Virus record (IMG/VR): IMGVR_UViG_3300008262_000040
DNA length: 64,000 bases
Source: a virus
Strand: one strand, 5' to 3'
Shown here: in pieces, positions 18,785 through 29,400 of the stretch
Numbering within the stretch: position 1 is the first letter of the stretch
Layout: each line of letters opens with the position of its first letter
Notes under the pieces: model-generated
The model's input: the letters and a program-made list of their open reading frames with translations, nothing else
Database searches by the model: none
What the model was told of the DNA's origin: nothing
Made by a program: the position numbers and the translations under genes

Positions 18785-19141
18785 ATGGAACTAGAAAAAG
18801 AAGTATTCTCTGGTAAAAAGATCTCCGATCTTATACAAGAAGTGTATGATAAACAGAAAGGTCAAGAAGAAGCTTTAAAAGAGCAAATAGAACGATTATC
18901 AAGCTATATAGAGGGACCAGGTGACGCTATAGTTATGATTCCTCACATTAAAGATCTATTCGATACAAATGTAAAGAATAACGATGTTTTATTGAAAATA
19001 TTACAACTATTTAAGCAGAGCGAAAGCAAAAAACAACAAGATTCTAGCGAAGACATACTTTCTGAAAAGGACATACAACAGCTTTTTGATGAAGTTCATT
19101 CCATAGGAGTAAATAAAGATCAGAAAAAAATAGGCGAGTAA
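18785..19141 (+). CDS. Hypothetical late protein
   Basis: ORF after a late motif. Confidence 0.6.
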   Translation: MELEKEVFSGKKISDLIQEVYDKQKGQEEALKEQIERLSSYIEGPGDAIVMIPHIKDLFDTNVKNNDVLLKILQLFKQSESKKQQDSSEDILSEKDIQQLFDEVHSIGVNKDQKKIGE

Positions 19142-20058
19142 TGGCAAATCAATACATACTAAGTCCTGGAGGAGGTCAAGGCGGTTCTAGTAAGGGAAGT
19201 TTATTTGCTATTGGAAGAGTAAAAAGCATTGTTTTAGGAGAATTTAGATATGATGGGATAAGAGACCCAGATTACGCCTCACCTAAAGATCTTGGTAAAA
19301 TATCGTATGAATTATTGTACGCTTCAAAAGGTTTTCCAAGCGGAAAAGGCAATTCAATGCCCGCTTATCCAATTTTTACAGCAATACGACAATATCCGTT
19401 AATATCAGAAATAGTTTTAATAATGCCCGGTCCTGATTCTGATATGAATGATAATGTAGAAATACAAGGTATGTATTATTTTCCGCCTTATTCTTTATGG
19501 AACTCAGTTAATCATAACGCATTTCCTAATTTATTTGAATATGCCGACTATGTTAACACTCAATTTGAAACTATACAAACAGAAAATAAAACTTTAAACA
19601 CTGACGCTATTGGAAAATTACCATTGGGATACATGTTTTCTGAAAAGACTGATGTAAGGAATTTGAGACCGTTTGAGGGAGATACAATAATAGAATCTCG
19701 CTTTGGTCAATCCATACGATTTGGTAGTACAAACATAACAAAAAACATGAATACTTGGTCTTCTCAAGGAGAACTAGGTAAACCAATAACTATAATAAGA
19801 AATGGCCAAGGTCCCCAAATCTCTCCAGACTACTTTGAACCAACAGTTGAAAACATAAATACTGATAACTCTACAATTTGGATGACTTCTGGACAAACTA
19901 TAGACATAGAAGACATTTCTTTATTTCCGTTAAAATCATTTGGAGAAAAACAAAAGGTTGCTGCTAGCAATGTACAAACCGTTAATAGAATAGCCACAAG
20001 CACAGAAGTAACTAGTGCTATAAATCAAGATAGATCTAATTTGGCAGGAAACAATTAA
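19141..20058 (+). CDS. Baseplate hub protein (gp5 N-terminal-like)
   Basis: YPLISEIV, EGD.IIESRFGQSIRFGS; position before gp25/gp6-like genes. Confidence 0.5.
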   Translation: MANQYILSPGGGQGGSSKGSLFAIGRVKSIVLGEFRYDGIRDPDYASPKDLGKISYELLYASKGFPSGKGNSMPAYPIFTAIRQYPLISEIVLIMPGPDSDMNDNVEIQGMYYFPPYSLWNSVNHNAFPNLFEYADYVNTQFETIQTENKTLNTDAIGKLPLGYMFSEKTDVRNLRPFEGDTIIESRFGQSIRFGSTNITKNMNTWSSQGELGKPITIIRNGQGPQISPDYFEPTVENINTDNSTIWMTSGQTIDIEDISLFPLKSFGEKQKVAASNVQTVNRIATSTEVTSAINQDRSNLAGNN

Positions 20059-20065
20059 TTGAACA

Positions 20066-20506
20066 ATGGCATATTACCCAGAGATACCATATAAAGGAAA
20101 CCAAGTGATCATAGCATCAGATAGAGTGCACTTATTAGCAAAAAATGACTCAGTGTTGATATTTGGAAAACAATCTGTAGCTATATCATCAATAAATACA
20201 ATAAATTTAGATGCCACATCCGAGATAATACTACAATCTCCGAAAGTTAAATTGGGATCATTGAAAGCTGAATCGCCTGTTATTTTAGGTGATGTACAAA
20301 CAAATAAGTTTATAAGTTTTTTAGATAGCGTAGCAACGATATGCGTACAGTTACAAAGCGTATCAGCGGGTAAAGAACCACCGACGCCTGAACTTGGTAT
20401 AGCTATGCTTAAATTGGCTACATTTGGAAAACAGTTAGCGTCTTACTGTAATGACTTAAAAAATCAATTACCAACAGCATTATCAAAAACTAGCTTTACA
20501 GTATAA
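20066..20506 (+). CDS. Baseplate spike-like protein (gp5 C-terminal-like)
   Basis: Beta-repeat N-terminal half, KVKLGS...PVILGD, C-terminal LSK. Confidence 0.45.
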   Translation: MAYYPEIPYKGNQVIIASDRVHLLAKNDSVLIFGKQSVAISSINTINLDATSEIILQSPKVKLGSLKAESPVILGDVQTNKFISFLDSVATICVQLQSVSAGKEPPTPELGIAMLKLATFGKQLASYCNDLKNQLPTALSKTSFTV

Positions 20507-22260
20507 TGAGCTTTAATTCACGATACTCACAACAAATAAAACAAAAAACACCTTCTGATGCTAAGGGTTTGGAAAAGGTTATAATTAGTTTTAGTTTTGC
20601 GGTAGTCGATATATCCTCTTATGTTAATACTATATTTTACGGTAAAAGTGAAATGCCAGCTAGCGATAAGGGCAAAAGAAGAAAAAACCCTTTAGATATG
20701 GGTGTTATACCAATATTGGATATATTAGCGTCTATTGATTTATGTGATTTACTTAATTATTTAACAAATGCCTTAGGCAACATTAATATAGGATCTGGCA
20801 CATTTAATCCAACAAAACAGCCTGAAGATTTTTTTGGTAAAATAAAATGGAGATTTCAAAAGACAGCATACGATGTTCAAACAGAGATAGACGGATTTTA
20901 TAATGACTTTAATAATCTAGATACACCTGAAAGTAAAATAGGTGTTTTACGGGTTTTAACAAAAATAAGAAGCGAATTTGCTGGATTTACACAAGTTATA
21001 TCTAATTTATCCAATCCCGATAGATTAGCAGCTACGGACCCTGATGTTTTATTATTGTTAGACGCTTTCCCACAGCTTAAAAACATAGGTAATTATGTAA
21101 ATGATACTCTATCTTATTTTGATAGATTTACTGATTATCGACAACTACAAAATGAAGACGTTCAAAAAATAGTAGATACTATTAAAAAAATTCGTCAATA
21201 TTGCATAGCTATACAAGCTTTGAATAATCCTTCCGCTATCGTTTCTCAATACGGTGCAGATTTACTAAAAGATGAAATAAGTCAATTACTAAAAGACATA
21301 GACGTTCAAGACGTAGTTCCAACTTTAAAAAAAATAAACGAAACACTAAAAAAGATTATTGCTATATGTAATAACATAAACAATATAATCCAATTTGCTA
21401 CTACTATAATAAGACTATTCTCTACGTTAATATTTGTATTTAGAGTCATAATTAGATTTTTAAAAACACTACCAGCTCCAAACCAATTTACAACTGTGGG
21501 TGTAACAAATACAGCTTCTGATGTTTTAAACGAAATAAAGAAAAAAGGACCAACGACTTTTGAAGTTAGATTAGCTCAAATATCTTCTTTGCTGGGTAGT
21601 ATAACTTTATTACTAAACACATTATTACCGATTATAAATGAAGTTATACAAAAAGTAAATAATTTATTAGCTAATTTACAAAATTGTGATAATGCACCTG
21701 AAGATTTAAAAAATAGTATGCAAGACACTGTAGACAACTTACAGTCTTCTGTAAATACTTTACAAGCATTTTTAGATAATAAAACTCAAAATGATTTAAC
21801 AAGATCAGATACTCAACTAGGAGAATATACAATACAAATAATAACTGAACAAGTAACTGACGAAACATTCAATTTAAGAAGACGTTATGGTGTTGCATTA
21901 AATAACAGTGGAATAGTACAAGTAACTTCACAGCCTACATTTGCTTCAGACGATAATGTTATAATAAATGAAGTTAAATTACTGTTGCAACAAGCAGGAT
22001 TGATACAAGAGGGTTCAGGAATTTATACAGATTCAGAATTAAATACTTTAAATCAAGCGAATTCTTATTTGTTTAACGATAATATAAATACACAACCAGA
22101 TCTTTCACAAATTAATGCATTCGATTCAGATCAATCATCTATAACTAATTATATATCATCTACTGATGGTAATTCACAACTAAGAAAAAGAGCTAGAGCA
22201 GCCTTAAATAGAAATAGGCAAAATCTTAGTAGAATATTAGGAGGTAATCCTAGAAGATAA
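20506..22260 (+). CDS. Structural protein, helical
   Basis: 584-aa ORF in the baseplate operon. Confidence 0.5.
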   Translation: MSFNSRYSQQIKQKTPSDAKGLEKVIISFSFAVVDISSYVNTIFYGKSEMPASDKGKRRKNPLDMGVIPILDILASIDLCDLLNYLTNALGNINIGSGTFNPTKQPEDFFGKIKWRFQKTAYDVQTEIDGFYNDFNNLDTPESKIGVLRVLTKIRSEFAGFTQVISNLSNPDRLAATDPDVLLLLDAFPQLKNIGNYVNDTLSYFDRFTDYRQLQNEDVQKIVDTIKKIRQYCIAIQALNNPSAIVSQYGADLLKDEISQLLKDIDVQDVVPTLKKINETLKKIIAICNNINNIIQFATTIIRLFSTLIFVFRVIIRFLKTLPAPNQFTTVGVTNTASDVLNEIKKKGPTTFEVRLAQISSLLGSITLLLNTLLPIINEVIQKVNNLLANLQNCDNAPEDLKNSMQDTVDNLQSSVNTLQAFLDNKTQNDLTRSDTQLGEYTIQIITEQVTDETFNLRRRYGVALNNSGIVQVTSQPTFASDDNVIINEVKLLLQQAGLIQEGSGIYTDSELNTLNQANSYLFNDNINTQPDLSQINAFDSDQSSITNYISSTDGNSQLRKRARAALNRNRQNLSRILGGNPRR

Positions 22261-22293
22261 AATTAAAATTAAATAACTAAATATTTATAAGAT

Positions 22294-22728
22294 ATGAGTT
22301 CAATAGACACACTTAGAAAAATAATAAGAGAAGAAGTAACGCGCGTTATAAGACAAGAGTTACCAAAAATTTTAATAGAGGGCGGAGTTTCTAATAAAGA
22401 TTATAAAAAAAATATACAGGAGCAAGTACAAAAAAGCGTATTTCCAATGACTCTTAACGAAGAGGCTGTTAAACCAAAAGTAAATTTTAACAAATCCAAC
22501 CCATTGGGTCAATTGTTGAACGAAACTGCTATATCTATGACAAGCGACGACGTTCACGCGTTTGCTAATTCAACCACTTCAACTGGGCAATTAATGGGAC
22601 CAAGCAACATAAAAGTGGGAAGCGTGGATTCGATGTTAAATAGTGCAGTTAAGAGTTCCAATCTAGAAATGGTACAAATAGACACAGTACCAGATTTTAG
22701 TCAATTAATGAAAAAAATGAACATGTAA
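22294..22728 (+). CDS. Hypothetical virion protein
   Basis: LRKIIREEV leader and LxE sites; late motif at 22281. Confidence 0.55.
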   Translation: MSSIDTLRKIIREEVTRVIRQELPKILIEGGVSNKDYKKNIQEQVQKSVFPMTLNEEAVKPKVNFNKSNPLGQLLNETAISMTSDDVHAFANSTTSTGQLMGPSNIKVGSVDSMLNSAVKSSNLEMVQIDTVPDFSQLMKKMNM

Positions 22729-22735
22729 TAGCTTT

Positions 22736-23146
22736 ATGGCTTACGGTTTAAAAAAAATATCGCCTCTTGATTTGCGTCCATCTACTGCGATTGGCGTAAA
22801 AATACCATTTAACGCTCAAAACGTTTTTACTAGTGTATATACGACCAAAGAGCAAACTAAATATAACATAATAAATTTTTTGCTTACCGATAGGCGTGAG
22901 ACACCTTTTGTGTCTAATTTTGGTGCTAATTTAAGATCATTACTATTCGAACAAATAACAGACGAATCTATAACAAAAATTGAAAATTATATATATTCTA
23001 GCGTACAGTCTACGTTTCCAAATGTAAATATAATTCAATTAAACATAGATCCAGAAGAAGACAACGCATCTATAGTTATTAACTTTAGTTATAATCTTAA
23101 AAATAGTAACGAAAACGACTCTATAATTATAAAAATAGATAACTAA
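22736..23146 (+). CDS. Baseplate wedge subunit, gp25-like
   Basis: NIINFLLT..RE.PF..NFGANL..LLFE. Confidence 0.85.
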   Translation: MAYGLKKISPLDLRPSTAIGVKIPFNAQNVFTSVYTTKEQTKYNIINFLLTDRRETPFVSNFGANLRSLLFEQITDESITKIENYIYSSVQSTFPNVNIIQLNIDPEEDNASIVINFSYNLKNSNENDSIIIKIDN

Positions 23147-23148
23147 GA

Positions 23149-25002
23149 ATGGCAACTAAACCAGACATAAAATACTTAAACAAAGATTTTGATACATTTA
23201 AGTCAGATTTGATAGAATACGCTAAGTCTTATTTTCCAACTTCTTACAACGACTTTTCACAAGCCTCACCAGGCAGTATGTTTATAAACATGGCTTCTTA
23301 CGTTGGAGACGTTCTTTCTTACTATTTAGACAATCAAATACAAGAGACTTTTTTACAATATTCTAAACAAAAAAACAACCTATTTGCATTAGCGCAAACT
23401 CTTGGATATAGACCCAAAGTTACATCTGCAGCTATAGTCGATTTAGAGGTATTTCAAGTTGTGCCTTCAATTAGACGATTTGGTTTATTGAATCCAGATT
23501 TTGATTACGCTTTGACTATAGCGCCAGGAATGGTAGTAACGTCAAACCTAAATAGTTCTACAACCTTCTACGTTTCACAAAAAGTAGACTTTAGAACTTC
23601 TTCTTCTATGGATGATACAAATGTAACCGTGTATCAAACAAACGGCATAGGAGAACCAATTAGCTATTTGTTAAAGAAAAAAACAACAGCAATATCAGGC
23701 GTTGTTAAGACTCAATCATTTACGTTTGGCTCAGCTCAAAGATTCGCAAGCGTAACTATTAACGATACTGACATTATTTCGATTATAAGCGCTCAAGACT
23801 CTTCTGGTAATGATTGGTACGAAGTTCCTTACCTAGCTCAAAATTATATATACAATCCTGTAGCAAACATAGCCGCAAATTACCCAGACTTACAACAAGA
23901 CGCTAATCAAGTTCCATACATATTAGAAAAGGTAAAAGTAGATAGGCGATTCACAAGTAGGTTTACAAGTAACGAAAGTCTAGTTATTGAGTTTGGTTCC
24001 GGGATAAATAGCATAGCAGACAGCGTTATTATACCTAATCCAGCAAATGTTGGAATAGGTTTAACTTCAGGCTCAGATACTATTAATACTGCTTTTGACC
24101 CAACCAACTTTGTAACTACTACCACTTACGGTTTGGCTCCATCAAATACTACTATAACTTTCACATATTTAGTTGGTGGAGGAGCAAAATCAAATGTATT
24201 GGCTAACGAATTAACAGTAGTATCTAACGTTAATGCCGTAGGTATAAACACTAGTCAGATAAGCACAGTAGCTACAAACAATCCAACAGCAGCAGAAGGT
24301 GGTGGAGACGGAGACAATATCGATGAACTAAGAAATAACATAGCAAACGAATTTCTAAGTCAAGATAGAGCTGTTACTCAAAATGACTACCTATCAAAAG
24401 TGCTATCGATGCCTTCAAAGTACGGAAAGGTATCAAAAGCCTATGTAACAAAAGACGATGCTACATTTTCAAACTATACAAAAGCGGATCCGTCAAATAA
24501 AGATCAAGCTTTAGTTACTATGTACTTACTCTCTCTAGATACTAACGGTCACATGGCTATACCAACACAAGCTTTGTTTAAAAACATACAAACCTATTTG
24601 TCTGAATATAGAATGATGACTGATGCTATTAATTTAAAATCTGGATACATAATAAATATAGGTTGTAATTTTGATATAACAATTAGACCTAATTTTATAG
24701 GACAAGACGTAATTGCTAGATGCATAACAGAATTAAAAAATTATTTTAATATTTCAAATTGGCAAATAAATGAGCCAATAATTCTAAACGATATATATGT
24801 ATTATTAGATAAGATAGAAGGCGTACAAACCGTTAGAGACATTACTATAACAAATATAAACAACGTTAATGCTGGATATTCTAAATATGTTTACGATATA
24901 GCTGGAGCTACGATACAAGACATCATTTATCCCTCGCTAGATCCTTGCATATTTGAGGTAAAATTTCCAGACATAGACATTCAAGGTAGAGTAGTATCAT
25001 AA
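23149..25002 (+). CDS. Baseplate wedge subunit, gp6-like
   Basis: DFD..K.DL..Y, LAQTLGY.P, GG.DGD...ELR, QDRAVT..DY. Confidence 0.85.
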   Translation: MATKPDIKYLNKDFDTFKSDLIEYAKSYFPTSYNDFSQASPGSMFINMASYVGDVLSYYLDNQIQETFLQYSKQKNNLFALAQTLGYRPKVTSAAIVDLEVFQVVPSIRRFGLLNPDFDYALTIAPGMVVTSNLNSSTTFYVSQKVDFRTSSSMDDTNVTVYQTNGIGEPISYLLKKKTTAISGVVKTQSFTFGSAQRFASVTINDTDIISIISAQDSSGNDWYEVPYLAQNYIYNPVANIAANYPDLQQDANQVPYILEKVKVDRRFTSRFTSNESLVIEFGSGINSIADSVIIPNPANVGIGLTSGSDTINTAFDPTNFVTTTTYGLAPSNTTITFTYLVGGGAKSNVLANELTVVSNVNAVGINTSQISTVATNNPTAAEGGGDGDNIDELRNNIANEFLSQDRAVTQNDYLSKVLSMPSKYGKVSKAYVTKDDATFSNYTKADPSNKDQALVTMYLLSLDTNGHMAIPTQALFKNIQTYLSEYRMMTDAINLKSGYIINIGCNFDITIRPNFIGQDVIARCITELKNYFNISNWQINEPIILNDIYVLLDKIEGVQTVRDITITNINNVNAGYSKYVYDIAGATIQDIIYPSLDPCIFEVKFPDIDIQGRVVS

Positions 25003-25012
25003 TAATATAAAA

Positions 25013-26113
25013 ATGGCAATATATAAAATATTTTCATCACAAGACGCTAGTATTTATTCGAAATTCCCTTCGATGAACGCTGGTTTAGATGAGATTTTAG
25101 AAATTTCTGTAAAAAACACTACAGATCAATTCAATAGTCTTACACCATCTTCTGGTTCAATATTATCTGATGATCTTAGAAGGTCTATAGTTCAATTTTC
25201 TAACCAAGATCTTCAGGTTCTTCAAAGCAAAGCAATTGGATCTTGGAAAGCTTATTTAAAATTATACATAGCCGACGCAGAAAACTTAAGCCAAAATTAC
25301 ACTTTAGAAGTAAGACAAGTCTCTCAGTCTTGGGAAATGGGTACAGGTAAATTTGCTGATTCTCCTGAGGTTAGAAATGGCGTTTGTTGGTTTAGCACTT
25401 CTTCTTACGAAAATACTTCTACAAATTGGATTAATCCGCAATACTATCTTACGTCAGGCGGTGGCTCTTGGACAAATTTGTACGCTACTCAATCTTTCAA
25501 TAATAATTCAAGCAAAGATATAGAAGTAGACGTAACAAACATAGTAACTGCGTGGTTCAACGATATTAATACAAACAATGGATTCTTAATAAAACATGAG
25601 ACGTCTATAGAAAATGATCCTAATAGTTACATAGTATTGAATTATTATAGTAACGATACGCACACTATCTATCCACCTACTTTAGAATTGCGTTGGGATG
25701 ATTCAGTTTATGTTACTGGGAGTTTGACCCAGATAAACAATTCGTATTCAGTTGTTACTATGGCTAATAACAAAAATTTGTATAACAACAATACTGAAAA
25801 CTATAGGTTTAGAATAAACTGTAGAGACATGTATCCTACTAGAGTTTTTACCACGTCTTCATTATATACGACAAATAAAATATTGCCGTCCTCATCGTAT
25901 TGGTCTTTAATCGATGCAAAATCAAACGATATAATTGTAGATTACGATACAGATTACACAAAAGTAAGTTGTGATGGAGTTAGCAGTTATTTCGATTTAC
26001 ACATGAACGGATTAGAACCAGAAAGATATTATAAAATATTAATAAAATCTGAGTTATATTCTGGAGAAACAGTAGTATACGATAACGATTACATTTTTAA
26101 AATCGCTAGGTAA
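25013..26113 (+). CDS. Baseplate/structural beta-rich protein
   Basis: DASIY...NAGLDEILEI, DVT.IV..W, NNGF.IK, PP.LEL.WDD. Confidence 0.5.
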   Translation: MAIYKIFSSQDASIYSKFPSMNAGLDEILEISVKNTTDQFNSLTPSSGSILSDDLRRSIVQFSNQDLQVLQSKAIGSWKAYLKLYIADAENLSQNYTLEVRQVSQSWEMGTGKFADSPEVRNGVCWFSTSSYENTSTNWINPQYYLTSGGGSWTNLYATQSFNNNSSKDIEVDVTNIVTAWFNDINTNNGFLIKHETSIENDPNSYIVLNYYSNDTHTIYPPTLELRWDDSVYVTGSLTQINNSYSVVTMANNKNLYNNNTENYRFRINCRDMYPTRVFTTSSLYTTNKILPSSSYWSLIDAKSNDIIVDYDTDYTKVSCDGVSSYFDLHMNGLEPERYYKILIKSELYSGETVVYDNDYIFKIAR

Positions 26114-26460
26114 TGGCAACTCAAGAGGTTAGTCTGATAAAGCTTGTTAAAGGCACAAATACCTATACATCTGTAATTGATACCGAGTTTACAGAGCTTG
26201 TTAGCCCTATTGAAGAAACTACAGAAGTAGCAGTTACAGTTGAAAGATTTTTTGAGTTATATGATGAATTGTTTTTCGATATACCTGTAGACGGCGAATT
26301 AAACTCACACAAGTATCTAGTAAATAGAAGTACTCAGTATTTGGGATCAAATGTTATAGATGCGGAAAAACAAGCTTTGATTGAAGAAATAAATTCTTTG
26401 AGATCTCAATTAACAGAATTAAATAATAGTTTTATAACTGCAAATAACATAGTACAATAA
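26113..26460 (+). CDS. Small structural protein
   Basis: Translationally coupled ORF. Confidence 0.55.
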   Translation: MATQEVSLIKLVKGTNTYTSVIDTEFTELVSPIEETTEVAVTVERFFELYDELFFDIPVDGELNSHKYLVNRSTQYLGSNVIDAEKQALIEEINSLRSQLTELNNSFITANNIVQ

Positions 26461-29400
26461 TGGAAATAGTAAAAATATATAGAGGCAGTCAAACGGTTAA
26501 TTATCAACAGTACGATAATAAAGATGAAACATTAATTGTTTCCAGTTATATAAATTCAGAAATAGATCCCAATGTTGACATAATAGAAGTAACTGCTTAT
26601 GGAGAGAATAACGAATATTTGGACTATTTAGCAACAGTAAATACATACAAACAAGTACAGGGCGCGATTAATCCAGTTTCTGGTTTAGTAAACAAAATAC
26701 AATTAGATCCAAAATTAGATGCGGGTATTTTAGGATTAGATAGAGGTAGAATCAATCTTCAATACAATTTTTTAAAACCGCTATTTAATTCAACTAATAT
26801 TAATTATTATTGGATAAAACAAATATCTCCGTCAAGAAAAGAAATAAAACTTAGTAGTCAATACATAAGTAACGAAGCTATACGTGGAGGTTTTGCTGAT
26901 TTTCAGGCTTACGTAGCACAAAAAAATTATTTCGTAGATTTTTATTTAAACTTTGGTCAAAATAGACTAGCAATTGCCAATAACGCTGCTCTTGTAAATG
27001 AAAATAATCAAACATACCTATTAGTAAAACTTTACGAGCCATTACCAATAGAACTAAACGTAAAAGACACGGTTTGGCTTTGCGATAAAATAGCGGATTC
27101 GGTAATATACACTATAGATACTGAAATAGAAGCTGATCAAACTATTGACGAAAACGCATTAAGAGGACCTAATCGTAAAATAAAAATTAACGATAGACAA
27201 GGGCAGACTACACCATACTACAATTACTCGTCTTTATTTTCTAGCAATCTGTCTTCGTCTATGCAACAGCTGTCAAGCTATTACGATGATAAAGCCATAG
27301 AAATAAACGTAGACTACACAAATTTTTCTAATTTCATACACTTTTCAAGCGCTACAGAAAGAATAAACAATTTTGTATATAAGTTAGAACTTATTGAAGG
27401 GTATCAACAAGAGATATTAGATTCTCAAACCTTAGCAAGTATGGGTTCTCAAACCCTAACGGCTGTTTCTCAATCAAACGTTTTAATACAACAGAAGATA
27501 GATAACATAATAAAGAAGTTCGATGTATACGAGTATTATCTATACTACTCATCGGAGTCTTTTGCATGGCCAAAATCCACTTCTATAAAACCTTACGCTT
27601 TATATTCAATCACGTCATCTCAAGCATTAGCTTGGTTAGGAGACGAGTATACTTATCCGTCTTTAGGCGCAGTATCAATGCTATATTCCGCTTCTTTATA
27701 CGATGATACTAACAAAGATAAGCTTTCAAATGCAATACCTCAGTATCTATTAGAGGATAGTAATAACGAACCGTATGTCGCTTTCATAGACATGATTGGT
27801 CAACACTTCGATAATTTGTGGTTATATTACAAAGATTTAAGCAATAGATACTCGTCTTTCAATAATCCAAAATTAGGGATATCAAAAGATTTAGTTGCTG
27901 ATGCTTTGAGAGGATTTGGATTTAATTTATATACCAATACTAGCGTATCAGACAATCTTTATTATACGTTATTTGGAATGAACCCCGATGGAAGTCTATT
28001 ACCTCCCACTGGTTCAGAGATAATAACTAATTATGTTACGTCTAGTATAGATACGCTATCTCCAAGAGAGTTGGATTCGGAAGTATACAAAAGACTGTAT
28101 CACAATCTAAGTTATCTACTAAAGACAAAAGGCTCACAACGCGCTGTAAAAGCATTAATCGCATCTTACGGTATACCCGATAACATATTGACAGTAAACG
28201 AATTTGGAGGTAACAACATATACACAGGAAGCGGGATATTTGAAATAAATAATCAAAAGATTAACTACTTTACTCAAAGCGCTGAGTTATCGGATCCGGT
28301 GCTTTCTCCATATGTTACTTTACAAAGATACAATACAGATTATAGGAATAACGTATTAGACGTAGAGGTTGGATTTTCTCCTAGCGACGAAATAAATAGG
28401 AATTTTGTGTCTTCATCAGGATTCGTTAGCATAGACCAATTGATAGGCGATCCTTTACATCAATACTTACAATACTACCCAGACTTAAAAACAGCTAGAG
28501 ACGATTATTTTGCTAGCTACAACTATCCTCATAGCATTTGGGAGTACATACGAATAATAAAGTACTACAACAACTCTCTGTTCAAAACAATAAAAGACTT
28601 TGTACCGGCTCGAGCAAACGCTTCAACTGGTATAATCGTTAAGAGTCACATCCTAGAGCGAAATAAGTACGCTAGAACAGAACCTAGCATGAGTTTCGAT
28701 AACAACATTTCGGAATCTATTGATATGATCTCGATAGTCGGGGGTGATCCTGGTGCTATTCAAGGTAATACTCAATACACTGAAAACATTATTACTCCGC
28801 TTGGATATGCTAGCTTAGATTACACAGAAGACAAGGCAAAAATAACAGGCAGACTAAGTGGATCTTTAATACAGGCAACAACTGGTGAAGTTTTTGATCA
28901 GTCTGATTACAGTACTACTCCTTCTGGAAGTATTGAAATAGATTACGCTGCGAATTACCAAAACATACTCACAGCTAATAGATCACAGCGATTTTTAGAA
29001 TTGGATTACGCTCAAAATCAAAATACACCTACGAATTATGGACTCGTAACTCAATCTATAAGCAACTCCATAGACAACAACTTTAATACATATAACGATC
29101 CCTATGCGCCTTATGCTGACATACAGGATTATAACTATTATACTAGAGCTTTTACAGATTTTAGGTATTATGGATCTAGACTGTCTAGTTTAACATACAA
29201 CACATATACCTCTGCCAGTTCTAATTATTCAGGAGACGTATCTTACGGCAAAACAGCAACGATTGATAGAAACTCAATTAAGTTTGCTTGGGTAAAAAAT
29301 ATACCAAGCGAGAGTTTAAATTTTTATGATAAAACATCTATATCTATAAAGTATTTAGTGGATGGAGAAGCGAATCTATTAGAACTTAATTCTAGAAATG